A stretch of 63,458 nucleotides of DNA, the filler included, from Octopus bimaculoides (lineage: Eukaryota), in NCBI RefSeq assembly GCF_001194135.2. It is 5 parts of 5 records of this genome, joined end to end, with 100 filler letters (N's around TTAATTAATTAA, not from the genome) between each part and the next. Parts side by side here need not be neighbours in the genome. Positions count along the whole stretch, not along the records: positions 1 to 17,710 come from NC_068988.1; 4 more parts are not named here. One strand, written 5' to 3'. The notes below the pieces were generated by a model. The model was given only the letters and a program-made list of their open reading frames with translations, had not been told where the DNA came from and searched no databases. Both the position numbers and the translations under genes were made by a program. Below are positions 1-12,880 of this stretch, one piece after another (position 1 is the stretch's first letter; each line of letters opens with the position of its first letter).

Positions 1-27
1 ATATAAATATATACCTTTATATATGTA

Positions 28-63
<36 letters not shown>

Positions 64-77
64 TATATATCATAACA

Positions 78-795
78 TATAATCGTCAACCAAGTGCCAC
101 GTCCTATACAGGGCAGTGCTACTAACATTTATAGCCCCGGGAAGACATCACTTCTAGCTGGCTAATGACACACATTCTGTATCCGATTAGTATTTACGAT
201 GGGAGGTCATCACTCCCGTCTCTAGCCTTACGTGATACACACGCACTCAGTCTACCCAGTCCACTCAGTCCACTCACAAAATATCGCATGCTTTTTCCAG
301 CGAGAAACTGTCGCTGATCTCGAAAAAGGAGAAATAAGCTACATGAAATCTCTGAGCGAAATATAAACACTACCAATATGGAATCGTAACATAATTGCAA
401 ACCAAGTGTGGCGTCCTGTACAGGACTGTGCTACTGACGCTTATATAGACCCAGGAAAACATCTCTTCCATGTGCCTAACGACAAACATTCTGTGTCCGA
501 TTAGTATTTGCAAGGAGAGGTCATCACCTCTGCATCTAGCCTTACATGATAGACGTAGTCTCAAGTTTCTGGGTGGTTACCCGTCCTTAGCGTGTGGTAA
601 TAACCAGCTAGTGATGAAAACTCATTCTACTCGCAAAATACTATATGCTTTTCACAGCGACAAACTATCACTGATCTCGAAAAAGGAGAATGTGTCTCGT
701 TAGCCAGCTGGAAGTGATGTCTCCCTGGAGCTTTGGGTGGCAAATATATATTACGATTTCGTATTGCTACTGCTTATGTCTCGCTCAGAGATTTA
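78..795. repeat. Tandem ~310-bp duplication followed by an inverted partial copy
   Basis: Units at ~90-400 and ~403-690 share blocks such as GTCCT(A/G)TACAGG, CCGATTAGTATTT and CTGATCTCGAAAAAGGAGAA. 698-795 is the reverse complement of 133-167-like and 345-403-like sequence. Confidence 0.8.
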
Positions 796-816
796 ATATA
801 ACTTTATAATTTCCTT

Positions 817-928
817 TACGTATGTATGTATGTATCTATGTATGTATGTATGTATGTATGTATGTATGTACGTACGTATGTATGTATGTATGTATGCATG
901 TATGTATGTATGTATGTACGTATGTATG
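817..928. repeat. (TATG)n microsatellite
   Basis: Direct reading. Confidence 0.95.
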
Positions 929-959
929 TTCGACACTACTACCATTATCCTTTTCCTCT

Positions 960-1260
960 TCACTTTCGCCCGCATGTTGACATCAACTTTATAGTTCACC
1001 CAAATCTTGGCCCCCGTGCTATCCATCCTTTCCACAATTCACGTTCTCATAACATCACAACACCGGCACAGCACTATTTCACCTCAAGCGGCTCTGCTCT
1101 CTTGAACATCATACCGACGCACATAAGAGAGGAAACTGATCTCATTACATTAAAACTGTTTCTGAACGAATATCTGAAACAAATTCTAAATAAACTACCT
1201 ACACCCAACTATATCTACAATTTTAGAATCTGCTCGAGTTATCACTCTTCGATATTTCCT
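960..1260 (+). mobile_element. Non-LTR retrotransposon (CR1/Jockey/I-like) ORF2 C-terminal fragment
   Basis: Translation VHPNLGPRAIHP...FTSSGSALLNIIPTHIREETDLITLKLFLNEYLKQILNKLPTPNY resembles the post-RT motif F..RGP.LFN.LP..IR......FK..LD.FL..IPD.P..PGY. Confidence 0.65.
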
Positions 1261-1465
1261 ACAGGTGAAAGCTAAAGAGGCAGAGACGCGTCTGTGAGTT
1301 TGATGAGGGGCTGGAGGCTACGAAACAACTGCGAATTTTCTACACATTTTACCAGAAACGAGAAATTTTTCTCCACCTCAACTGCCGCGAATTAGCTTTC
1401 AGAAGTTGAGATATTTCCCAAACATATAACTAACCTTCAATTCGTTTCATCCATATCACTGCTTA

Positions 1466-1672
1466 ACACACACACACACGCACACACACACATACACACA
1501 CACACACACACACACCCACACACAGACACACACACACACACAAACAAACACACACAAGCATACACACATAGACACACATACACACGCACACATATATATA
1601 TTATATATACATACATATTTATATGTATATATAAATGCGATATATATATATATATATATCGAGAGAGAGAGG

Positions 1673-1725
<53 letters not shown>
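1466..1725. repeat. Compound (CA)n/(TA)n/(GATA)n microsatellite
   Basis: Direct reading. Confidence 0.95.
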
Positions 1726-2317
1726 GTGTCAATATACACACATGTGTATACAAACACTCGCAAAGACACTTAAAAATAGAGTTTGATAACAGAGTTATTT
1801 ATAAAACCCGATATTTGTTTTCACCAAATCTCGTCACCTTTTTAATTATTATCTATTTGAGATTCCATAATGCCAAAATTACTTTCAGTCGATATTTTAA
1901 AAGTACTTTCAGTATTTCCTACTATTTTAATATGGAGTGAAGTTGATCTCTTAAGAACCGCTTTCCTTTTCGTATTTTACGATTGTGTTATTTCAAATTC
2001 AGCCTTAGACATTTCGACTGTAATGGCGGCATGTAGCTGGATTTCATTTGGTAGAGAAATGAGAAAATAGATAAAAATTCTGATGAAGGATATCATATAG
2101 TCATGGTGTGTTGTGTTACGTCTTTCTTTATTGGGAAAGAGAATACTAGGAAGATATTTGATACAGAAGAAACGAAATTGTTTAAAGCGATTTATTGTTG
2201 CTTCCATCAATTTATAAGCATAGACAACAACGTAATGATATCCGCATATTTCTAGAAATCAAATTATCTAGTTATATACACACACATGCGCGCATTGAAA
2301 CTCGTATGGTAACCGTA

Positions 2318-2319
<2 letters not shown>

Positions 2320-2348
<29 letters not shown>

Positions 2349-2434
2349 TGTATGTATGTATGTATGTGTGCATGTATGTATGTGTGTATGTATGTATGTA
2401 TGTATGTATGTTTGTATGTATGTATGTATGTATG

Positions 2435-2481
<47 letters not shown>
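2320..2481. repeat. (TATG)n/(TATC)n microsatellite
   Basis: Direct reading. Confidence 0.95.
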
Positions 2482-2482
<1 letters not shown>

Positions 2483-3815
2483 GGTATATATTGGAGTGTT
2501 TGCCGGTCTATGTTTGGATATGTTTGTGTGTGTAAGTAATAATGATGGAAATTTCCTGAGCCAGTAATTTAAGGTTTTCTTCTTTTTTAGATAATTACAT
2601 TAACATTCTACTCAAAAATATCCATTGCACCTAATTTGAAAAAACAAATTATGAAACTACTTGTTTTTAATGATGTAGATACATTCTTGAAATGACCGAT
2701 ACTGGAAATATATTTTAAGATGTTATTTTCTTTCTGTTTATCAGGAGTGTCAGAACCAAAAGCTGCGAAGGCTTTGATCAGTTCAAATTATTCCAAATTC
2801 AAGCTTTGTGAAGCAAAATATTTCCCACAGCAGCAGTCTGTCAATATATTCTCATTATAATTAAACAGAATTCATGTACTTTGAACTAGTAAAGCATTCA
2901 TCTGTAGACTTTTTGATGAAGATGATGTTAACTATAAAACTTAATTATTTAGAAATCCATGGCTAGAAATATCTGTACCTTCGACCAAAAGAGATTCAAA
3001 AATAATGATTAAACCAACTGTAGGCTATTTTCCTTTCACTTCTTGTCAAAATGGAAGGTAGCGTTCTTCATCTTTGCAGTACATATCATTTTAGCAAGAG
3101 GAAGGGCGGAGGTGACACCTTCAATGTATTAGAGAAACCAAGATTACAATAAAGTGGACTGCACTGAATACACCCAAGTTGAGAGGTGTTAAAAAGAATA
3201 ATGTATTACATCTACCACCAACGAGTCCCATGACGAGATTTTAACTCGGTATATTCAGGGCTACAATAATACTTAAAGCACTCCAGTCAACAATTCTGGC
3301 ACATAATTTGCACTGAAATGGTGTTTTTGAATCTCAAAAGAATTAAACGTATAGTTGATTTCGTAAGCGGGATTTGAAATCATGGATTAGCGAGTCGTAC
3401 GAAAGTCTCTTCCAGTATTTCTCATCATTAACAAAACCCATATTTTTGTCTTCAGGGCAAATGATATCATAAAGATCGTACGTTAATAAACAGAGGATAC
3501 TGATAATACAGGTACCTTACACGTTCGCACACGCACACATTTACCAAACCTAGACACACACACAGATATACGCATGCACGAATAAAGACATACAACAGGA
3601 ACAAAAAATTGTAGATCGTTAGGAAGGAAATACGAAAAAAGAAAACAAAAGAAAGAAGAAAGCAAAGGACCGTTCAAGATGTTACAGAAGCGTGACGAAA
3701 GAACACTGGCCGAAATATAATTACTATGAAATATAGCTGAAGCAAGCGAACAACGAATAAATAGTGCTTGTGATTTCATTGGCTAAATTGACAACATGAC
3801 CATCCTCAAATACAA

Positions 3816-3852
<37 letters not shown>

Positions 3853-4358
3853 TACATAGATAATTAGGATAAATTCATTAATTAATGATTTATCAGTGGC
3901 CAGCGTGCAGAAGAGACCATATCCGGTAAATATATATATAACGAATTAATATTACCTATTAAATCTTCTCCGTCGTGAATTCGTGACAAACGTATCGTTC
4001 AATAACCATCAGAAATTGAAATTACAAGAAATTTCTTGGAACACGAATTTAAAATTCGAGACGATCANNNNNNNNNNNNNNNNNNNNNNNNNNNNNNNNN
4101 NNNNNNNNNNNNNNNNNNNNNNNNNNNNNNNNNNNNNNNNNNNNNNNNNNNNNNNNNNNNNNNNNNNNNNNNNNNNNNNNNNNNNNNNNNNNNNNNNNNN
4201 NNNNNNNNNNNNNNNNATATATATATATATATATGTCTGTATGTCTGCGTGTATGTATTTCTATTCATATACATATACACAAATACTCACAGATACACGA
4301 ACACACAGACACACACACATGCATATAAATATACATGTATAGATCGTTTTTTTGCATG

Positions 4359-4683
4359 CCTAGTACTTATTCTATCTGTGTATTATGGGGAACCGCTACT
4401 TTACGGGGATGTAAACACACCGACGCTAGTAGTCAACCGGTGATGGGGTACAAACACAGACACAAAAACGTGCGCACACACATACAAACACTCGCGCACA
4501 CACACACACATGTTGTATACGTGTATCTATTTCTATATATACGACATGTCTCTTTCAATTTTCGTCAGTCTAACCCACTCAAAAGGTTTTAGTCGTCCTG
4601 AGGTTATAGTAGAAGACAGTTGTACAATATACAACACAGTGGGATTGAACTCGGAACCACGCGGTTAGGAAGGGCTCTTCTTA
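4359..4683 (-). mobile_element. tRNA-derived SINE, family A, degenerate
   Basis: Reverse-complement similarity to full copies at 29710-30091 and 54083-54498 (TAGTACTTATTCTATC, GAACCGCT, TATAGTAGAAGACA). Confidence 0.75.
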
Positions 4684-5539
4684 CGATATATATATATACA
4701 CATATATATATACACATATATATATATACATGTATATATATATNNNNNNNNNNNNNNNNNNNNNNNNNNNNNNNNNNNNNNNNNNNNNNNNNNNNNNNNN
4801 NNNNNNNNNNNNNNNNNNNNNNNNNNNNNNNNNNNNNNNNNNNNNNNNNNNNNNNNNNNNNNNNNNNNNNNNNNNNNNNNNNNNNNNNNNNNNNNNNNNN
4901 NNNNNNNNNNNNNNNNNNNNNNNNNNNNNNNNNNNNNNNAAAAGCAAACAAATTCATATGTATAATTAAATGCTTTGTTCAAGATAGAATATAATTTAGC
5001 AGAATACAACAAGCCGTAAGTACACCACTGAAAAAAGCCACACATTTTATTTAAGAAAACCTGACTTTTGTTTTTATGAGATCCACTAACCATTTTTACA
5101 TTATCAGATATTTTGAGATTCTAAAATGTCAAAATTACTTTTAAACTAAAGATTAAATGAACGTTGATTATCTCCAGCTGCTTTAATATAGAATGGAATC
5201 TTTGTATTTTTTCGAAAGTTATTTTTCTTAAATTCAATTTCAACTTGAAATTTTCGACAGAAATAGAAGCAAGTGGCGACATTTCATTTGATATTCATGC
5301 AAGAAAGAGATGGAAAAACAATTTTTGATGAAGGTTAATACATAGAAATTGGTGTGCGTGGTATTAATTTATTTGTATTGGCAAGTAGAACGTTAGTCTG
5401 GTATATGATGTAAGACGAAGAAGGAGCAATCCCATATGAGTGGTGATATCGGTCTCTCAGAAGAGTGATATAGGCATACACAGACCTACACGCCCATAGG
5501 CATACATACAAGCGTATAAATAAACATACATGTTTCTAA

Positions 5540-5880
5540 TACTATTGGTCCTGATCTATCTTCAACACTGAATTCGTTCTCCCACCATAATCTTGTGGCT
5601 TTCTCGTCACTTTTCTATAAGTATTTTCATGGACATTGTTCAGCTGAGCTCTGTTAACTGGGTCCTCCTTTAAGACCTTATCACCGATCAGCTAGACGTG
5701 CATCCAGTTCTCATCAATATGCTGTTCAACCTCCTAATTGTCGTAAAGTACTTTACAGTAGTAGTTTCTTCCCTCGCACCTCTGAACTTTGGAGTTCCCA
5801 TTCACAGTCTTCTTTTCCTCATCAAAAGACCTCCACTCTTTTAAATCTAATCTGCATTATCGCTTATTGACTTCTGTCTA
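5540..5880 (+). mobile_element. CR1/Jockey-like LINE ORF2 C-terminal fragment
   Basis: Translates as SSLFYKYFHGHCSAEL...SSFFPRTSELWSS...SFP, matching the typical SLFY(K/R)YFHG.CS.EL and SFFPRT..LWNSLP motifs. Confidence 0.7.
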
Positions 5881-5974
5881 GCGTCCATTCCATTCTAGCA
5901 GCTCTTAGGCTTGCAGTGGTCTAAGGACCTTGTAATGAACGAATGCTTAAAAACCAAAGAAAAACATACATATG

Positions 5975-6048
<74 letters not shown>

Positions 6049-6218
6049 TAGATAGATAGATAGATAGATATTTGTTTATTTATTTATTAAAAAAATGGTA
6101 CGACAACAAAAGAATGAAAGAGACCTCGATATTATGTAAATAGAGGAATTTATCTGTAAATATAATATGTAACACGAGTGCGTGTGTGCGCGCTCGTGTA
6201 GGTGTGAGTGTGTGTAAA

Positions 6219-6430
6219 CGTGGGTTGGGGGCCGAAAAGTTCGTGGGGATGGGTAAAAGATAATACAGGTGGATCAGTTAAACTGATTTTATTGAACATA
6301 TTCCCTTCTCAGATTGACACACATTTCTTGCAGCGATCTTTCAGTTTTTCTAAGTCCTGTAAAATAACACGAACGTTTGAGCATACTATCAGGCTTTTCG
6401 TTCTACCCTAAAAACCACAAAACGTTTCAG
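6219..6430 (-). mobile_element. mariner-derived non-autonomous element fragment
   Basis: The minus strand encodes the mariner C-terminus GLRKTERSLQEMC / KLKDRC.KCV-like. It starts CGTGGG...GAAAAGTTC like the TIR at 53246. Confidence 0.65.
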
Positions 6431-6509
6431 GTACCAATCGTGTGTATGTATACATACATACATACATACACGTACACACACACACACACACACACACGTG
6501 TGTGTGTGT

Positions 6510-6712
6510 GTATGTGCGTGTTTGTTTCCACATCATCACTTGACACTGCTCTTGATGTGTTTACGTCCCGTAACTAAGCGGTTCGGCAAAAGAACCGATA
6601 GAATGTGTTCTAGGCTTACAAAGAATAAGTTTGGAGTGGACTTTTTCGACTGAAGGCGTTGCACAAGCATGGCCGCAGTCAGGTTTCTGAAACAAGTCAA
6701 AGAATAAAATAA
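6510..6712 (+). mobile_element. SINE family A, 3' half
   Basis: GCGGTTCGGCAAAAG...AGGCTTACAAAGAATAAG...GCATGGCCGCAGTC tail. Confidence 0.8.
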
Positions 6713-7520
6713 TATATATNNNNNNNNNNNNNNNNNNNNNNNNNNNNNNNNNNNNNNNNNNNNNNNNNNNNNNNNNNNNNNNNNNNNNNNNNNNNNNNNN
6801 NNNNNNNNNNNNNNNNNNNNNNNNNNNNNNNNNNNNNNNNNNNNNNNNNNNNNNNNNNNNNNNNNNNNNNNNNNNNNNNNNNNNNNNNNNNNNNNNNNNN
6901 NNNNNNNNNNNNNNNNNNNNNNNNNNNNNNNNNNNNNNNNNNNNNNNNNNNNNNNNNNNNNNNNNNNNNNNNNNNNNNNNNNNNNNNNNNNNNNNNNNNN
7001 NNNNNNNNNNNNNNNNNNNNNNNNNNNNNNNNNNNNNNNNNNNNNNNNNNNNNNNNNNNNNNNNNNNNNNNNNNNNNNNNNNNNNNNNNNNNNNNNNNNN
7101 NNNNNNNNNNNNNNNNNNNNNNNNNNNNNNNNNNNNNNNNNNNNNNNNNNNNNNNNNNNNNNNNNNNNNNNNNNNNNNNNNNNNNNNNNNNNNNNNNNNN
7201 NNNNNNNNNNNNNNNNNNNNNNNNNNNNNNNNNNNNNNNNNNNNNNNNNNNNNNNNNNNNNNNNNNNNNNNNNNNNNNNNNNNNNNNNNNNNNNNNNNNN
7301 NNNNNNNNNNNNNNNNNNNNNNNNNNNNNNNNNNNNNNNNNNNNNNNNNNNNNNNNNNNNNNNNNNNNNNNNNNNNNNNNNNNNNNNNNNNNNNNNNNNN
7401 NNNNNNNNNNNNNNNNNNNNNNNNNNNNNNNNNNNNNNNNNNNNNNNNNNNNNNNNNNNNNNNNNNNNNNNNNNNNNNNNNNNNNNNNNNNNNNNNNNNN
7501 NNNNNNNNNNNNNNNNNNNT

Positions 7521-7552
<32 letters not shown>

Positions 7553-7666
7553 GGACCCCGCCTACTCAGCTTTAGATTCTTTACTTTAGATTATCCTTAT
7601 TTATCAGGTTTTTACACGTGTTGCCGAACAATAAATTTACTAAATGTATATTCAACGTTTACACAC

Positions 7667-7879
7667 CTTTGCAATCACATTTCGAGGAATTAAAACATAT
7701 TTGGCGTCTAGCATATTCATAGAGAATGTCTGGCCAATTATTTTTAACGTTATTGTTTCACATACAAGCCTAACACAAAACATCTTTTAGCGAAAATGTC
7801 TACAAATATTTCTGTTGTATATAAAAGAATCATCGCAGACGCCAAATCTATTTTCAATTCTTGAAAACAGATTGTAAAG
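7667..7879. mobile_element. MITE-like element with ~45-bp imperfect terminal inverted repeats
   Basis: CTTTGCAATC...ATATTTGGCGTCTAGC pairs with GCAGACGCCAAATCTAT...GATTGTAAAG. No TSD was resolved. Confidence 0.55.
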
Positions 7880-8379
7880 TTCTTGAAATACATTAATAAA
7901 ATTCATTGTTTCAAACTAGCTGCATAAACAGATAAGAAAGTACGAAACTTCGAAAATAAAGATAAAACTCGAATTTAGTTGCGTCCGTTTCTTTAAAGTA
8001 ACATATATGAAAGAAATGCAACACGCATATTTACGTTGATGTATATATAGATGCATATATTATATATATATGTGTGTATCTGTGTGTGCGTGTGTGTGCG
8101 TGTATATGTATACACACACATTCACACACATNNNNNNNNNNGTAAGAGATAGATAGGTAGCTAGATACTTATAGGTATACGTGTATGTATGTATATATGT
8201 GTGTGTGCATGTGTATGTGTGTGTGTGTACGCACATATGTATGTGAGCATGCATGTGTCGGCTTCCAAGTTGTTTTAAATACGTAGTCGCTTTCTTTTAC
8301 CGTCTGATGTACGTTTCTTATTATAAGAGATGTTATAAAGGGTGTTAGAGATGTTACATGAATAGCTTCATGTAATGCA

Positions 8380-8620
8380 ACACGCACATTTAAATGGATA
8401 GGGTTTTTCTAAGGACGTGAGCTGTACTTTGTCAGCACAATGTTGTGGATTTGTCTGTGACGTGGTTCTCCTGAGATCTTATCTAGATGTTTCTGACATC
8501 CCCTTTATCATACCCAGGACATCTACAATAACAGAACAGTTATCGTTTTAAGATGCCACATCTTTTGTATTTCAAATTCCGGGCCCTTATATTTACTTAG
8601 TTTGTCAAATTCCTTGAAAG
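8380..8620 (-). mobile_element. R4/Dong-like (RLE) non-LTR retrotransposon 3' fragment
   Basis: The minus strand reads as a decayed ...SVIVDVLGMIKGMSET...QLTS(T)AHVLRK end, homologous to the adjacent element. Confidence 0.6.
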
Positions 8621-8627
8621 ATATATT

Positions 8628-10480
8628 ATTAATATTTTTATTATTATTATTGTTCAGTAGTTTTATTTTTATAACGTGCTTTCACCTGACTACCGAGCGC
8701 AGCTCTGTGTGCCTTGGGTATGTGCTGTGGTTTGCTGTGATGCTCTTATGCTTACTGTATTGAAAGTGTTTTGCGTAGGATGTGTGCAGTGCCCAGTAGT
8801 GCAATTTTCTGTATATTATATATATTTGTAAGTCCTGGTGTTTTTGTTATGTATTTGTCTGAATATAATATTTTTTTAGTATACCAAAGGCACCTACTAT
8901 GATAGGAATTGTTTCTGTTTTTAGATTCCACATTCGAGTTACTTCTATTTCCAGGTTTTTGTATNNNNNNNNNNNNNNNNNNNNNNNNNNNNNNNNNNNN
9001 NNNNNNNNNNNNNNNNNNNNNNNNNNNNNNNNNNNNNNNNNNNNNNNNNNNNNNNNNNNNNNNNNNNNNNNNNNNNNNNNNNNNNNNNNNNNNNNNNNNN
9101 NNNNNNNNNNNNNNNNNNNNNNNNNNNNNNNNNNNNNNNNNNNNNNNNNNNNNNNNNNNNNNNNNNNNNNNNNNNNNNNNNNNNNNNNNNNNNNNNNNNN
9201 NNNNNNNNNNNNNNNNNNNNNNNNNNNNNNNNNNNNNNNNNNNNNNNNNNNNNNNNNNNNNNNNNNNNNNNNNNNNNNNNNNNNNNNNNNNNNNNNNNNN
9301 NNNNNNNNNNNNNNNNNNNNNNNNNNNNNNNNNNNNNNNNNNNNNNNNNNNNNNNNNNNNNNNNNNNNNNNNNNNNNNNNNNNNNNNNNNNNNNNNNNNN
9401 NNNNNNNNNNNNNNNNNNNNNNNNNNNNNNNNNNNNNNNNNNNNNNNNNNNNNNNNNNNNNNNNNNNNNNNNNNNNNNNNNNNNNNNNNNNNNNNNNNNN
9501 NNNNNNNNNNNNNNNNNNNNNNNNNNNNNNNNNNNNNNNNNNNNNNNNNNNNNNNNNNNNNNNNNNNNNNNNNNNNNNNNNNNNNNNNNNNNNNNNNNNG
9601 TAGGGGCTTTTTCTTGCCATCGTTTTATCATGGTCCGTTGCTGTTCTAGTTTCAGTTTGGATTTCATTTGTTTTATAGCTTTTGTTGTTTCTTCTTCTTC
9701 TTCTTCTTCTTCTTCTTCGTATTTGTTAGGTAGTATGATTTCTTGTTTGTATTTGTCAACTTCCTTAAATACTGAAAACAATTTTTTGTTTGCTCGTGTT
9801 TTGTGGCTATTTGTATTAGGTTTCCTTGCTCCTGGAGTAGGTATTTTTGCAGTCCTATGGTGGTTATTTTATAATAGTTTTCCAGCTGTATAAGACCCCT
9901 GCCACTTTCTGTGCTTTGTATATATAGCCTTTCTATGTCAGATTTTGGGTGCTGCATCCTATGTCCTATCATTATTTTTCTTGTTTTCCTGTGTATTTTA
10001 GATAGTTTGTTTAGTGCCCAGTTAAATATATTGTAGCTGTAACTTATAACTGGGACAGCTAAATTGTTAATACCTGTTATCTTGTTTTTAGCATTGAGCT
10101 CTGTTTTTAGTATTGATCTAACTCGACTATAGTACTCTTTCTTTATTCTTTTCTTTCATTTGTGTGTGTTATATCCTATCTAGTTCACTGACTCCTAAAT
10201 ATTTGTATGGTTGGCTTTCGTCTAGTTCTCTTATTTCATTGGCTTTATCTAGTGTGATGTTGCTACTTTTAACTAATTTTCCTCTTTTTAGGATTGCTTT
10301 GGGACATTTTTCTGATCCGAAATTCATATCTATTTCCTTGGTAAAGCCATGTACTGTCTGTAGTAGTGCTTCCAGCTCTTTGTCATTTTTAGCGTATAAT
10401 TTTAGGTCATCCATATATAAAAGGTGGCTAACTGTTTTCCCGTGACATTTGTAACCGCATCCAGTTCTATTTAGCAATTC

Positions 10481-10485
<5 letters not shown>
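8628..10485 (-). mobile_element. R4/Dong-like non-LTR retrotransposon, 5'-truncated, spanning an N gap
   Basis: RT motif VSHLLYMDDLKLY, then FGSEKC, YKYLGV, HPKSDIERLY and GRGLIQLE. RLE C-terminus YKNLEIEVTRMWNLKTETIPIIVGAFG...IALLGTAHILRKTLS. It has an (AAT)n 3' tail and a (TTA)n array at its 5' junction. Confidence 0.9.
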
Positions 10486-10544
<59 letters not shown>

Positions 10545-10565
10545 TAAAAAATTATTATTATTATT

Positions 10566-10750
10566 AAGAATTCCTAGCGGTATTTCGTCTGCCTTAATGC
10601 TCTGAGTTCAAATGCCGCCAGGTTCGAATTTGCCTTCCATCCTTACGAGGTCGATAAACTAAGTACCAGTTACGCACTAACGTCGATGTAATCGACTGCC
10701 CACCCCCGAAAAAACATTAAAAACAGGCCTTTTTGCCTCTAGTAGAAAGG

Positions 10751-10760
<10 letters not shown>
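10566..10760 (+). mobile_element. SINE family C embedded in (TTA)n
   Basis: GCCTTCCATCCTT...GGTCGATAAACTAAGTACCAGT central domain and GGATTATTATT tail. Confidence 0.85.
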
Positions 10761-10803
<43 letters not shown>

Positions 10804-10821
10804 CATTATTATTATTAGCTG

Positions 10822-10852
<31 letters not shown>

Positions 10853-11167
10853 AAGAGATATCTACAATTGATCGCTACCAGAACCCCATGAAATTCAAAC
10901 TTTTACTTGCCAGTAATATTTTTCCAGTTCAAAAATTGATTGACTTTCTTATTCTAAAATAATAATGTCTTTTTTTTCTCCTTGTGTTATTTTTTCTCCT
11001 TTGGGTTATTGATATTTTGCGGGTAATGATTCATACTCTCTCTCTCTCTCTTTCTTTCTCTCGATTTTGTTTATCATCACAAAATGTGTTCCCAATGACA
11101 CTTTTTTTCATCCTTGTATGTGTCCTTCGTTGTATGTATCTATCTTCACATTGTTGGATATATACGT

Positions 11168-11215
11168 ACACACACACACACAGACACAGACACACAAACA
11201 CACACACATACACAA

Positions 11216-11271
<56 letters not shown>

Positions 11272-11281
11272 NNNNNNNNNN

Positions 11282-11337
<56 letters not shown>
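11168..11337. repeat. (CA)n/(TA)n/(TG)n microsatellite around a gap
   Basis: Direct reading. Confidence 0.95.
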
Positions 11338-11341
<4 letters not shown>

Positions 11342-12349
11342 GAAGGATTCCGACCACTCCTAAGTGACTAAAGGTGAATTGACATATTGTTATCAAAGAA
11401 TTGGAAGTGATTGGCAGTCAGTTTGGGATGGTAAGCTGTTCTTTGTGAGCTGCTCACATAGAGTGGTGAGTCTCGGGAAATAGTAATAGTAGAGAATCAT
11501 GTAGATACTTTCTTCTTCCCTGCTTTGTTATATTATATATCCAATACAAAGACATAAATGTATACATACAAATAGTCGCCTGTAATAGCGTTCAGATCTA
11601 CGAGTATTTACCTCATAATCAGATCTGGATAAAAAAAGACATATGCAAGAGATGAGGTCAAAACGCTTTTGCAAGTATCTGTCTCGCTTTCCATTAACTA
11701 CCGTTGTGCCTTAGTTTTTTTCATTTATTTATTTATTTTTTTTTAGCTTCACTATCTTCGTGCTAATTAGGAAATTAATTAAAAGACTTGGGCGAACGAA
11801 CTTCGAAAATGACAGCATCACACTGCATATTTTATAGAAATAAACACTCTACGCTCAACTATTTTATTTTTTCTCATTAATAATTTCATTTGGTAGGAAA
11901 ACACTTTCAGGTTTTCGCCTGGAAACGAAGAACCGCTGACATATCTTATTTTAAACATTAACGACCTGTACGGACACAGTATTTCTTTCTGCAACCATAA
12001 TGTACAGTAAATTATATTCAACATTTTAAGCGTTTTAACCTTAGCAATAATACTGCTAACACAGAAGAACACGGTATTGACTTATAAAAATGTTTACTAT
12101 ATTATGTTTGCATAACGAAATACCGCGTCTGTACAGGTCATTAATATTTGCATACCAGCTTCCAAGAATGTGCTTATTTTAAACACTACTAGTTTATGTT
12201 AACTAAAAGCTTATAGCGATGATGTACAGAAACAATGTAGTTACGAAACGACGTTTAATCCTCAACAGCTCTACACCTATAGTGAACGATATAGGTTTAA
12301 TATAAAATATATGTGCACTAAACAGTATATATTCTTTTCTCTTCTGCTC

Positions 12350-12551
12350 TAGGCGCAACGCCCGAAATTATTTGGAAAGAAGACAGTCAATTAGATCGAC
12401 CCAGTATGCAACTGGTACTTAATTTATCGTTTCGGAAAGGATAAAAGACAATGTCGACCTCGACGGAATTTGAAGTCAGATCGTAAAGACAGACGAAATA
12501 GCGATAAGCATTTCGCCCGGCGTGCTAACGTTTCTGCCAGCTCGCCGCCTT
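12350..12551 (-). mobile_element. SINE family C
   Basis: Reverse complement of the GGCGGCGAGCTGGCAGAAACGTTAGCACGCCGGGCG head plus the AAGTACCAGT domain. Confidence 0.85.
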
Positions 12552-12583
12552 CATTAAACAGTATATTTTAAAAGAACTTCATG

Positions 12584-12880
12584 AAGGCGCCTGGATTAGT
12601 AGTTAAGTTATTATTCAACTCACGATTCTAAGGTCGGGAGTTCGATTCCTGGCAGTTCGTTGTGTCTTTGACCAAGACCCTTTATTTCACGTTTCTCCAG
12701 TTCTCTGACAAAAAATGAGTAGCATTTGTATTTTCAAAGGTCGAGACTCGTCACATTCTGTGTCACGCTGAATCTCACTTGAGAACTACTTTAAATTTGT
12801 GCGTGTCTGTAGAGTGCTCACCCACCTGCAGATTGATCGGATAAAGTAGACACCTCGTCGCCGTAACCGATGGAGTGCCC
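12584..12880 (+). mobile_element. SINE with variant head B' and family B tail
   Basis: Pol III B box GGGAGTTCGATTCC. The tail TGTCACGCTGAAT...GAGAACTAC...GGAGTGCC is shared with family B. Confidence 0.75.

Noticed and set aside
1295-1335. Hammerhead-like TTGATGA...CGAAAC after the LINE fragment
   Set aside because: C3 is mutated, stem II pairs poorly, and no NUH or stem I could be drawn.
793-2567. ORFs of MYVC, IYIY and HTHT repeats (also at 11031-11396, 13306-14182, 48667-49109 and 61345-62113)
   Set aside because: They are translations of di- and tetranucleotide microsatellites.
3983-9781. Long ORFs in the track that are mostly X (also at 25487-26323, 56676-57149 and 59715-60261)
   Set aside because: They are open only because they run through N gaps.
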